Origin: Nitrososphaerota archaeon
GTDB taxonomy: Archaea > Thermoproteota > Nitrososphaeria_A > Caldarchaeales > Calditenuaceae
Reading direction: 5' to 3'
Length of the DNA stretch: 40,341 nucleotides
NCBI GenBank assembly: GCA_038741355.1
Contig: JAVYLC010000013.1
Coordinates: forward strand, 1-40,341
The notes under the pieces were generated by a model that saw nothing but the letters and a program-made list of their open reading frames with translations, was not told where the DNA came from and made no database searches. A program made the translations under genes and the position numbers. Shown here one piece after another: positions 16,831 to 25,950 of the stretch. The stretch's first letter is position 1. Every line of letters begins with the position of its first letter.

Positions 16831-17862
16831 TCACGCGAGAGGTAGTGTAACGGGTCTACCAGTCTCCACTGACTTGTGCGCGGCAAGAACCGCCTCTAAA
16901 GCCTTCCTCCCATCCTCGCCGGTGACGGAAGGCTCTTTGTCATGGATGATGCAGTCAGCGAAGTGTTCGATCTCGTTTACGTATCCATCTCTAAATCGGT
17001 CTCTCCAGCTCTTGAAGCTCTCCGTGAGTACGCGCATATCTTTAGTCACGCGGGTCAAAGTTGTGCCTCTTACTTCTCCGACAGTAATTACTCCTTCTGT
17101 GCCCAAGATCTCAATCCTCGCGTCATAACCGTACCCAACGGGGCATGCTCCGTCAATGATTCCGAGACCGTTGTTCCTGAACCTAGCTAGGACAACAGCC
17201 ACATCATAAAAGTTGGGATACTTCTCTCTCAGGTCTGGGCGTATGAGGGCTGAGACTTCGCAGAAAATAGAAGAATACTCATCACTCATCATCCATCTTA
17301 GTGTGTCAAAGTCATGGCTATTAACTTCCGCCAAAAAACCAATCCCGGTCCTAGGATCCAGTGCCCAAGGAGGTGGCAAACCAGGTCCGCGACCCACCGA
17401 CTTGACCAGTATTGGTCTTCCAATCTCTCCAGAATCTATTATTTTTTTAGCTGATGTAAACTCTGGGTCAAAACGCCTCATGAACCCAATCTGAAGCTTG
17501 ACACCATAACGCTTGGTCACAGAGATCATTTTATCGGCCTCCTCGAGGGTCAGGGCCATTGGCTTCTCGCAAAAGACGTGTTTCCTCGCTTCTGCTGCCT
17601 CAAGGGTTAGAGGAGCGTGAGTAAAGGTGGGAGTCGTGATCACTACCGCCTCAAATTCAGACCTCTTTAACGCTGTCGCGAGGTCTTTGTAGGCTGCCAC
17701 TCCACCCATCTCTTCCGCGAGCTTTGTCGCAGCGGCCAACTCGCTATCAACAATTGCGGCGAGCTCTGCATTCTTTATCCTCGTCCTTATGTTTCTGGCA
17801 TGTACTGTGCCGGCCCTCCCACCACCTATCACGCAAAACTTAACAATCTTCTGTGCCGGCAT
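16831..17862 (-). CDS. Gfo/Idh/MocA family NAD(P) oxidoreductase (inositol/sugar dehydrogenase-like)
   Basis: N-terminal Rossmann motif FCVIGGGRAG and EKP motif (VFCEKPMA). ATG 17862; TTG 17874 is also possible. Confidence 0.8.
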   Translation of the reverse strand: MPAQKIVKFCVIGGGRAGTVHARNIRTRIKNAELAAIVDSELAAATKLAEEMGGVAAYKDLATALKRSEFEAVVITTPTFTHAPLTLEAAEARKHVFCEKPMALTLEEADKMISVTKRYGVKLQIGFMRRFDPEFTSAKKIIDSGEIGRPILVKSVGRGPGLPPPWALDPRTGIGFLAEVNSHDFDTLRWMMSDEYSSIFCEVSALIRPDLREKYPNFYDVAVVLARFRNNGLGIIDGACPVGYGYDARIEILGTEGVITVGEVRGTTLTRVTKDMRVLTESFKSWRDRFRDGYVNEIEHFADCIIHDKEPSVTGEDGRKALEAVLAAHKSVETGRPVTLPLA

Positions 17863-17903
17863 TTCAGGGTCCAAAAGGCGTATAGGACCTATTTACTTTT
17901 CCC

Positions 17904-18665
17904 TTAAAAATCACCCCCCACCACAATTACTTCACCCGATATGTATGAGGCCTCATCCGAGGCAAGGAATAGTATGGTTCGGGCAACCTCCTCAGGTCTG
18001 CCAAGCCTCCCGAATAGGTAGCGCTTCTTGATATCCTCCTCCGTCAACCCCCTAGCCTCCAGATACCGTCTAAAGAGAGGCGTATCGATTGCTCTTGGAG
18101 CCACAGCATTAACCCTGATGCCATAAGGTGCGAGCTCGAGTGCTAGGGCCTTTGTAAATCCAATAATACCCGCTTTTGATGCCGCATAAGCCGATGACAA
18201 CAACCCCCCGCGGATACCTTGGATCGACGAGACATTGACGATGGAGCCCCTTATGGAACTGTTAATCATGTGTGAGGCAACGTATTTGCAAAACAGATAG
18301 GTCGATTTGAGATTTACGTCCATTGTCCTCTGCCAGGCGTCGGTGGTAGTCTCAAGAAGTGTAGCAATTAAGTGAATAGCAGCATTATTCACTAAGACAT
18401 CTATTCTCCCGTATCGATTAATGACACTCTCCACACAACTCTTCACATCCTCCTCGACGGAGACATCCGCTTTTACAAATAGGGCGGCGCTCTCGCCATG
18501 CATGGCAGTGATCTTCTTCTCCAAGCGCTTTCCAGCATCTTCTTCGACATCGACCAAAACTACTCTGCACTCCTCCTCTGCAAACAGTATCGAGGTTGAG
18601 CTTCCTATTCCACTGGCCGCTCCCGTAATAATCGCAACACGGTCTTTTAATCTGCATCTACTCAA
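17904..18665 (-). CDS. Short-chain dehydrogenase/reductase (SDR)
   Basis: TGAASGIG, NNAA, and the catalytic YAASKAG. TTG start. Confidence 0.85.
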   Translation of the reverse strand: MSRCRLKDRVAIITGAASGIGSSTSILFAEEECRVVLVDVEEDAGKRLEKKITAMHGESAALFVKADVSVEEDVKSCVESVINRYGRIDVLVNNAAIHLIATLLETTTDAWQRTMDVNLKSTYLFCKYVASHMINSSIRGSIVNVSSIQGIRGGLLSSAYAASKAGIIGFTKALALELAPYGIRVNAVAPRAIDTPLFRRYLEARGLTEEDIKKRYLFGRLGRPEEVARTILFLASDEASYISGEVIVVGGDF

Positions 18666-18701
18666 GCCGACTTATCCTCAAAGAATTAGTATAGTTGCTT
18701 G

Positions 18702-19724
18702 CTATCTATCTTTATATGTTTCCTTGATGTAGGGGATAACCTTCGTTCCCATAAATACGATGAACTTTCTTTGGTCTGGGCTTGTGCTAAGAAACTCGAC
18801 CTCGTTTACACCCATCTTGATCCATTTTTCAATTCGATTAATCGCGTCCTCCTCACACGTTATTATGAACCTCTTCTGTAGAACTTGCTCCCTAGTAATT
18901 GTACTTCCCAGCCTCTCAAGTTCTCTCGGATCGTAAATATCTGAATCGAAGATGCCGGGCACCATTGTCGGGTTCCAGAACCTGCACCCTTCAATGGCTC
19001 TGTCCAAATCTTCGTCGTACGAGACCACACTATGGACTATCTTTTTAATCTTCGAAACGTCGCGCCCAGCATCCGCGGCACCCTTTTCCATGGCAGGTAA
19101 TATCTCCCCCACAAAAACCTGCTCGAATACTCGGGCCGAGACTACAACACCATCTGCGTAGTAGCCGGCCACATAGCCAGACTTCTTTCCGCTCGCAACC
19201 ATGTAGATGGGGATCTTACTCTTTGGCTTAGTGTAGAGGTTGGCCTGCCTAAGCTTATAGTGTTTGCCATCATAATCAATAAACTCGTTAGTCCAAAGAG
19301 CCTTGATTATTTCAAACGATTCACGGACGCGCATCAGCCTTTCATTGTACGGGGGCCATGGCAGCCCCAGTGGCATCTCGTTCATCGCCTCACCAGTTGC
19401 AAGACATAAAAATATGCGGCCTGGGAAGATGAAGTCTAGTGTCGCATATGCTTGAGCAATAAGGGCTGGGTGATATCGCATAATTGTAGCGCACACCGAG
19501 CCTATTCTCACTCTGCGAGTTCTCTCCGCGGCTATCCCGAGCCAGCTAAGCGCAAAGCCAGAGTGTGCATTCGTATGACTCCACGGATGGAAATGGTCAC
19601 TAGACCATATAGTGTCAAAGTTGTAACGCTCAGCCTCTACAGAGAATTCCAGAAGACTGATAGGGTCGTATTGCTCGTGTGCGCAGTAAAAACCAAACTC
19701 GATAGTCAACGGGGATAAAAACAC
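18702..19724 (-). CDS. Luciferase-like monooxygenase (LLM) class, F420-dependent oxidoreductase of the G6PDH-like family
   Basis: The N-terminus FGFYCAHEQYDPISLLEFSVEAERYNFDTIWSSDHFHPW matches the FGD-type LLM signature (..SDHFHPW). GTG start. Confidence 0.65.
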   Translation of the reverse strand: MFLSPLTIEFGFYCAHEQYDPISLLEFSVEAERYNFDTIWSSDHFHPWSHTNAHSGFALSWLGIAAERTRRVRIGSVCATIMRYHPALIAQAYATLDFIFPGRIFLCLATGEAMNEMPLGLPWPPYNERLMRVRESFEIIKALWTNEFIDYDGKHYKLRQANLYTKPKSKIPIYMVASGKKSGYVAGYYADGVVVSARVFEQVFVGEILPAMEKGAADAGRDVSKIKKIVHSVVSYDEDLDRAIEGCRFWNPTMVPGIFDSDIYDPRELERLGSTITREQVLQKRFIITCEEDAINRIEKWIKMGVNEVEFLSTSPDQRKFIVFMGTKVIPYIKETYKDR

Positions 19725-19995
19725 GTAAGGAAATATTTAGAGATAACGCGGTGCACCTCGCATATAGAAGTGTGGACACGCGCCTAAATTTTTAGAGAAT
19801 TATCACTCTTAACCCGCCTGCTAGTTGGGAATTAATAATGTACATGAACCTCCAGCAGCCACTTACCACGGAGTAAGACAGAGCTTAATTAAAGATTCTA
19901 TAGGATATTAACTACAATAAACAATCACGCAAGATATAGAAGCTCCCACCCTATGACTAGAAAAATTTTTAAGTGAGCAATAGCTTTGCAGCTCT

Positions 19996-20763
19996 GTGAG
20001 ACTAAAGGGCAAGATAGCGATAGTCACAGGCGGTGCTAGGGGTATAGGGTTCGCAATATCTTCGAGGTTTGCGAGTGAGGGTGCGAATGTTGCCATCCTA
20101 GACATAGATTTGGAGAGGGCTGAAAAAGCAGCAGAGACGATAAAAAAGGAGGCCAAGGAGGCTGAGGTCATAGCGTTACAAGCAGACGTAAGCAACATTG
20201 ACTCTGTTAAGAGGTGTGTAGATGAAGTCGTAAAAAGGTTTCGAAGAATCGACGTATTAGTGAATAATGCGGCGATTCATCTTGGGAAGCCATTCCATGA
20301 GGAGCCGCTAGAATATTGGGAGAAGCAATTTAGAATAAACGTGTTGGGAACAGTTATACCATCCCAGCTAGTTGTGCCTCACATGATTAAGACGGGGGGA
20401 GGCTCAATCATCAATATCTCGTCGAAGGCTGCAATCACGGGCGAACCAGGACACGCCGCCTACAGTGCGCTGAAGGGTGCAGTACTCTCTCTAACCCTGG
20501 CGATGGCCGTCGACTTGGCGCCATACAACATAAGGGTCAACGCCATATGCCCCGGGCCAACAGAGACCGACCTGTTATACTCCGCCACAACTGAAGAAGA
20601 GCGGAAAAGAATGGCTGCGAGAGCCCCGTTAAAGAGGCTGGCGAAACCTGCTGATATCGCGGCAGCTGCCCTCTACCTAGCATCTGATGACTCAGTATAC
20701 GTCACTGGTCAAAAGTTCGTCGTGGACGGCGGTATGACCATCGTGGCTGTCGAGAGAGTATAG
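19996..20763 (+). CDS. Short-chain dehydrogenase/reductase (SDR)
   Basis: TGGARGIG, NNAA, YSALKGA. GTG start about 29 nt downstream of the AT box aaaaatttttaag (19961-19973). Confidence 0.85.
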   Translation: MRLKGKIAIVTGGARGIGFAISSRFASEGANVAILDIDLERAEKAAETIKKEAKEAEVIALQADVSNIDSVKRCVDEVVKRFRRIDVLVNNAAIHLGKPFHEEPLEYWEKQFRINVLGTVIPSQLVVPHMIKTGGGSIINISSKAAITGEPGHAAYSALKGAVLSLTLAMAVDLAPYNIRVNAICPGPTETDLLYSATTEEERKRMAARAPLKRLAKPADIAAAALYLASDDSVYVTGQKFVVDGGMTIVAVERV

Positions 20764-20836
20764 CAAGCACAAGACACCAACAACTAAATAACTTTAATAC
20801 GACCAGGCAACAATCTTAGTTACGGGTCCATGATTT

Positions 20837-22468
20837 ATGTCTAAAAAATTCATTATCCGCGACCCATTCGCACTATATAGGGAGGGTGTATTAAAGAGCC
20901 GCGGCTACGCAGCATGGATGAGTAACATCTACGTGGCTGCAGCTGTTTCCGATGTGTTGAAGCCATGCTTCGGCCCCAAAGGCATGTCTAAGCTGGTTAT
21001 CGACAAGTTTAGTGAGGGAGTGGTTACTAGTCATGGCGCAGAGATACTTGAAAAACTTGATCTCCACCATCCAGTAGCTAAGCTTCTCAGAGAAGCTTCC
21101 AAAACTGTTGACATAACAGTAGGAGATGGCACAAAGACAACAGTAATATTAATAGGCGAATTATTAAAAAAAGCTGCAAATCTGGCAACTAGGCAGTTAA
21201 AAATCAATACAATAATAAAAGGATACTTGATAGCATATAATACTGCATTGAAAAGTCTGCCGAAGTCTAGTAAAGCTTTGAACGGTCTCGACAGTAATTC
21301 TATAAGGGGATTCGTTTCAACAATATTAACTGGTAGAGGTCTAGGTAATGCTGATTACCTTTCAGAACTGGTGACTCAAGCTATCACGGCGGCGATCAGG
21401 AAAGATGACGGGAAGAGAGTCTTAGATAGAGACTCTGTGAAGATCGTAAAAAAAGCTGGTGGAAGTATCATGGAGAGCAGGGTGGTGAATGGTGTAATCA
21501 TCGAGAAGGGGGTTGCTCACCCGGCTATGCCGAGGGTTATAAAAAATCCGAAGATTGCGGTGCTGAATATGGCATTGAAAATCGATGAATTTAAGCATCT
21601 ACAATCGTTTAAGTACCATATCGATATTAACAAGCCTGGCAGCGTCGGACAGTTCCTTAGGGAAGAGGAGGAGCTTGTTCAGAGCATGGTTGAGAAGGTG
21701 TTATCGGTAGGCGCCAGTGTAGTCATATGTAGGAAGAAGATGGGCGATATTGCAAAGCAATTACTCGCAAAGGCGGGGGTTATGGGTATAAGCAGATTAC
21801 TTAATGAGAAAGAATTTACCAGTGTAGCGAAGATCACGGGGGCCAAGATAGTGTCCAGTGTAGAGGATATTACGGAGGAGGACTTGGGGAGAGCGGATCT
21901 CATCAGGGAAGAGAGGATAGGGACTGAGCGAGTGCTGGTCATCGAGGGATGCAATAGCGCGGGAGGTGTTACTGTTCTGTTGAGAGGTTTTTCAGAGAAT
22001 GTACTAAACGATATCGAACACGCATTCAAGGACTCGATAACCTATATTTCTTCTTCGTTGGAAGGGCCTGCCTACCTGCCCGGGGGAGGGGCTGTCGAGG
22101 AGACACTAGCCATAGCTATTAGAAGGGAAGCGTTGGGGCATGTGGGAAAAGAGCAGGAAGCCATCATGGCATATGCAGACGCTCTCGAGGCTGTACCTCG
22201 GCTTTTGGCTGAAAACTCTGGACATGACCCAGTAGAGGTCCTGTCTGAATTAAGAGCAAAACATGAAATAGGTGAGAACAATTACGGTTTTGACCCCCTC
22301 TCTGGTAAAGTGTGTGACACGCTTAAATCAGGAATAGTTGAATCCTATAGGATGAAGGAGCAGGTCTTAAAAACAACATTTGAGACAGCTGTCATGCTGT
22401 TGAGAGTTGATGAGCTGGTTGATAGACGATATGCTAAGAGGCACGAGGGTGAACTAGGCGGCGAATGA
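20837..22468 (+). CDS. Highly divergent group II chaperonin (thermosome/CCT) paralog
   Basis: Full-length collinearity with the canonical thermosome at 35626-37293, but with altered motifs (FGPKGMSKL, VTSHGAEIL, GDGTKTT, LLRGFS). It retains PGGGAVEE and FKDS. Confidence 0.8.
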   Translation: MSKKFIIRDPFALYREGVLKSRGYAAWMSNIYVAAAVSDVLKPCFGPKGMSKLVIDKFSEGVVTSHGAEILEKLDLHHPVAKLLREASKTVDITVGDGTKTTVILIGELLKKAANLATRQLKINTIIKGYLIAYNTALKSLPKSSKALNGLDSNSIRGFVSTILTGRGLGNADYLSELVTQAITAAIRKDDGKRVLDRDSVKIVKKAGGSIMESRVVNGVIIEKGVAHPAMPRVIKNPKIAVLNMALKIDEFKHLQSFKYHIDINKPGSVGQFLREEEELVQSMVEKVLSVGASVVICRKKMGDIAKQLLAKAGVMGISRLLNEKEFTSVAKITGAKIVSSVEDITEEDLGRADLIREERIGTERVLVIEGCNSAGGVTVLLRGFSENVLNDIEHAFKDSITYISSSLEGPAYLPGGGAVEETLAIAIRREALGHVGKEQEAIMAYADALEAVPRLLAENSGHDPVEVLSELRAKHEIGENNYGFDPLSGKVCDTLKSGIVESYRMKEQVLKTTFETAVMLLRVDELVDRRYAKRHEGELGGE

Positions 22469-22574
22469 GACTCTCTAAGCTACACCATTGATCCGGCCAT
22501 AGGGGCCGCTCGACTATCATTGGACAATATCCTGCGGCATGTAAGTATCACCAACTATATGTCGAATAGAGTCG

Positions 22575-22589
22575 AAAAATATTATTTAG
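22575..22589 (+). promoter_or_regulatory. TATA box (aaaaatattatttag) for the FGGY kinase gene
   Basis: Centred about 37 nt upstream of ATG 22620. This supports that start over the ORF-track start at 22593. Confidence 0.4.
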
Positions 22590-22619
22590 AGGGTGGGCGG
22601 TTGGAGATGGGAAGGGTCT

Positions 22620-24167
22620 ATGCGCTCCCAGTACCTCATTGGTGTAGATATTGGGACAGCTGGGACGAAAGCCGCAGTATTTGACGTTGAGGGCAACCAG
22701 TTGGCCGTAGCGTATGAGGAGTCTAAACTTTATTATCCGAGAGTAGGCTGGGTTGAACAGGTCCCCGACGATTTCTACACCTCCACGGCTAACACTGTTA
22801 GGGAAGTCGTTAAGAAGTCTAGAATAGACCCGCGCGAAGTCGCATCAATTGCTTTCAGCGGCCAGATGGCCGGTATACTGGCGATTGATAAGGACTGGAA
22901 TCCTGTCATGCCGTATGACTCATGGCTCGATATTAGGTGTGAGAAATACATAGACTATTTGAAGGCAAACTATGAAGATTTGCTTATAGAGAGGACAGGC
23001 GCTCCGCCAACGGTCGATCATCTGCCCAAAATGATGTGGTGGAAGAATGAAAGACCTGAAACTTTCGAGAAGATAAGTAAGTTTACTGTACCTGCAGTAT
23101 ATGTAGCAGGCAGGCTCGCCGGGCTGAAGGGAGAAGACGCATTTTACGACTACACATACGTAACTTTCTCAGGGCTGTTCGACATCCATAAAAAGAACTG
23201 GTCTGAAGAGCTTGCCGAGGTTTTTGGGCTGCCACTGGATAAGATGCCCAGAGTGGTTAAGCCTTGGGAGGTTATCGGAGAGCTAACACCGGAGTCGGCG
23301 GAAAAAATGGGCCTTGTAAGAGGGATACCTATTGTGGCAGGCGCCGGGGACGGCATGGCCTGTGCGTTCGGTGCTGGATTGACACAGCCCGGGCTATGCC
23401 TAGACATAGCTGGAACCGCCTCTGCATTCTATGTCTCAACGGATAGAATAGCCCCCGACATCAAACATAAGACACTATTACATCTCAAGTCCGTCGTCCC
23501 TGAGCAGTGGTGCATCGGCGCATACATTAATGGCGGAGGGCTTTGTCTAAGGTGGTTTAGGGATGAGGTCGCCAAAGAGGAGAAGAAGGTGGCTCAACAG
23601 TTGGGGAAAGATCCTTATGAAATCTTGGATGAAGAAGCTTCTAGAGTCCCTCCTGGAAGCGAGGGAGTGTTCTTCATACCGCACCTCGGAGGCAGGGCAT
23701 ATCCCTACAATCCACGTATAAGAGGGGTTTGGATAGGATTCAGCTGGAAACACACTACAGGGCATCTCTACAGATCAATACTAGAATCCATAGCCTTCGA
23801 ATATGATCACTACCTAAAAATACTTCGAGAATTGTTAAGTAATATTGGGATTGGTGAGGTTAGGGCAATAGGTGGTGGGAGCAAGAGCCGAATTTGGTGC
23901 CAAATAAAAGCTGACATCTTAGGAATACCGTACGTCTTGCTTAATAGGGAAGAGTATGCTGTAACAGCTTTGGCAGTTATAGGTGGATATGGAGTCAAAC
24001 TACTAAAAGACTATGTGAAAACGATTAACGAATGGGTCAGGCCTATCAAGAGAATAGAGCCAAACATGGTGTTGAATGAGAGCTATAGAAAGTATTCAGA
24101 GTATTATGAAAAGTTGATTGGAGGTATTGATCATGTATTGGAAGACCATAATAGACTTGTGATATAA
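22620..24167 (+). CDS. FGGY-family carbohydrate kinase (xylulokinase/glycerol kinase-like)
   Basis: N-terminal YLIGVDIGTAGTKAAVFD, and the C-terminal FGGY domain ..IRAIGGGSKSRIWCQIKADILG.. Confidence 0.85.
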   Translation: MRSQYLIGVDIGTAGTKAAVFDVEGNQLAVAYEESKLYYPRVGWVEQVPDDFYTSTANTVREVVKKSRIDPREVASIAFSGQMAGILAIDKDWNPVMPYDSWLDIRCEKYIDYLKANYEDLLIERTGAPPTVDHLPKMMWWKNERPETFEKISKFTVPAVYVAGRLAGLKGEDAFYDYTYVTFSGLFDIHKKNWSEELAEVFGLPLDKMPRVVKPWEVIGELTPESAEKMGLVRGIPIVAGAGDGMACAFGAGLTQPGLCLDIAGTASAFYVSTDRIAPDIKHKTLLHLKSVVPEQWCIGAYINGGGLCLRWFRDEVAKEEKKVAQQLGKDPYEILDEEASRVPPGSEGVFFIPHLGGRAYPYNPRIRGVWIGFSWKHTTGHLYRSILESIAFEYDHYLKILRELLSNIGIGEVRAIGGGSKSRIWCQIKADILGIPYVLLNREEYAVTALAVIGGYGVKLLKDYVKTINEWVRPIKRIEPNMVLNESYRKYSEYYEKLIGGIDHVLEDHNRLVI

Positions 24168-24226
24168 TAGTCCGTGTTATTGTGAAATTTAATAGGTGGG
24201 GAAGAATAATGGATTTGAAAAGTTAG

Positions 24227-25876
24227 ATGGAAAAGTTTATAAACAAGTTACTCCAACTAACTCCGATGTCCGAAAAGGAACATTTTAAAAAAGTCCTATC
24301 CAGGCGTGCTGCAATTGGCCAAGCAGCTAAGATCGCTGGAGTAGCTGCGGCTGGCTTGGTTGTGGGTGGTGTTGCTGGATATCTGGCAAAGCCTGAAGCA
24401 CCTCCTGCCCCGCCAAGAACTGTAACCGTAGAGAGGACTGTAGCGGCTCCAGCCCAAACTGTGACTGTTGAGAGAACAGTCACAGTTGCTGCACCGGCCG
24501 CCCCTGGACTTGCTGAGCTTAGGGCCGAGCTGGCTAAGAGGTATGCAACCGGTAAGCCTGGAGATAAATTCCTGGTTGGATATGTCACGTGGACCCTGGC
24601 ACAGGAGGCGCCTAAGTATGACTATCAGGGTGCCGACCAAGCTGCTAGGCAGCTTGAACTAGATTTCAAGGGTATAGAGATAGGGGCTGAGGCGTTAAAG
24701 GCCGTAGAGGCAACTGACTCGCTTATTGCGGCAGGTGCCAAGGGGATTGTATACTGGGCCCCCGCCATTGCCGCCATGCAGGAAATAGTGAGGCTTTGCG
24801 AAGAGAACAAGGTGTTTGCATCCACGGCTTGGACTAGGGATCCAGCTCTATTACCTGGAGATAAGGGACCACACTGGTTCCTAGAGTTCAGCACAATGTC
24901 GGACGAGATGAGCTTCCACTGTATGACGCTGCTTTACGAGAAGATGAGGAAGTACAATAAGAGCAAGGTCCTCCACGTTCAGTCCTCAAAGACAATTGCA
25001 CCAGACTCCACTGCATTAATTAATCAAGGAATCTCTATTGCATGGAGAAAGTACCCATTCATACAGAATCTCGGGCACTATTGGGGTGAGTGGGCGTATC
25101 CTGGAGGTAGAAAGGCTGGTGAGGATGCATTAGCGGTCAGAACAGACTATGAGGCAGTCTGGGGACATAATGACGACCAGGCGATGGGTACCGTCTCAGT
25201 ATTCAAGGAGAGGGGGATAGACATCGGACCATTTACGGCTGCTAGAGACGCAATAGTAGCCTATGTAGACTTAGTGATAAAGGGCGAGTTGTTCGTAACT
25301 TCACTCACTGAATTCCAGTATTTCGGCGGCAAACGCGTCGCTGCCATCTACGATGCCGTGACAGGAGCCGCATATCCCCTCAGAGACGAGATGGTACAGT
25401 CACCATGGGTTACAACGGTCCTCAACCTCTCCACACCAGGGATCAAGGAGGAGAACGAAGAACTGATTAGAAGCTCTGGCCTTGAATGGCATCCAAACTT
25501 CGTAGCAGTTGACGCGGCTAAGCTTCTAGACTTTCTGAAGATAAGTGAAGCATACCCGTCTAAGTTGTATCCATACGACTTCAGGACACTATCAGTGGGC
25601 AAGGTTAGAGAACTTGGACTGACATTTGACAGGCACGCCAAGAACTACTTAACCGCAAACGACTACTACTATGTCCCAATGATGGAGAGGATGAAGGTAA
25701 CGGACGACAGAACAAAGGGAGAAAACTTGGAGTCATTCAGGAAGCAATTCGGATTGACTATGAAATACTTCCTAGACCTGAACTGGGACACTTGGAAAGA
25801 AAACGAGGCTAAAATAAGCTCCGCACAGGGAGAAGGGCTGAAGCTGCTGCCTCGATGGGGGGCAGCGGTGGAATAA
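24227..25876 (+). CDS. Membrane-anchored ABC substrate-binding protein (PBP type I, RbsB-like) with a repeat linker and a long C-terminal extension
   Basis: N-terminal TM helix (AAKIAGVAAAGLVVGGVAGYL), a TVTVERTV x2 Pro/Ala/Thr/Val linker, then a sugar-binding-like core. It is followed by its ABC ATPase and permeases. Confidence 0.65.
   Translation: MEKFINKLLQLTPMSEKEHFKKVLSRRAAIGQAAKIAGVAAAGLVVGGVAGYLAKPEAPPAPPRTVTVERTVAAPAQTVTVERTVTVAAPAAPGLAELRAELAKRYATGKPGDKFLVGYVTWTLAQEAPKYDYQGADQAARQLELDFKGIEIGAEALKAVEATDSLIAAGAKGIVYWAPAIAAMQEIVRLCEENKVFASTAWTRDPALLPGDKGPHWFLEFSTMSDEMSFHCMTLLYEKMRKYNKSKVLHVQSSKTIAPDSTALINQGISIAWRKYPFIQNLGHYWGEWAYPGGRKAGEDALAVRTDYEAVWGHNDDQAMGTVSVFKERGIDIGPFTAARDAIVAYVDLVIKGELFVTSLTEFQYFGGKRVAAIYDAVTGAAYPLRDEMVQSPWVTTVLNLSTPGIKEENEELIRSSGLEWHPNFVAVDAAKLLDFLKISEAYPSKLYPYDFRTLSVGKVRELGLTFDRHAKNYLTANDYYYVPMMERMKVTDDRTKGENLESFRKQFGLTMKYFLDLNWDTWKENEAKISSAQGEGLKLLPRWGAAVE
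24419..24481 (+). repeat. Imperfect 39-nt-period tandem duplication encoding TVTVERTV twice (coding, linker region)
   Basis: actgtaaccgtagagaggactgta (24419-24442) versus actgtgactgttgagagaacagtc (24458-24481). Confidence 0.7.
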
Positions 25877-25950
25877 ATCTATATCCATAATTTTTTAATT
25901 ACGTGAAATATTTTTTAATTGCAATTTCCATTATTTATGTTGATAAGGAG

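Noticed and set aside
21955-22030. Suspected loss of the catalytic Asp in the divergent thermosome paralog (VDETER in the canonical copy versus LNDIEH).
   Set aside because: On re-alignment, the hydrolysis-critical Asp (equivalent to GroEL D398) is the one in FKDA/FKDS, which the paralog retains. The claim was therefore restricted to the P-loop, NDG and GMDKM motif changes.
24419-24481. A tandem repeat, checked as a possible CRISPR or minisatellite.
   Set aside because: There are only two imperfect copies, they lie inside a coding linker, and they preserve the reading frame (TVTVERTV twice). It is not a CRISPR array.
25888-25920. A direct repeat of ttttttaatt (25891-25900 and 25911-25920) between the binding-protein and ATPase genes, considered as a possible mobile-element end or repeat element.
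   Set aside because: It is short, AT-only, and sits exactly where an oligo-T terminator and the next TATA box are expected. No flanking inverted repeats or target duplications were seen.
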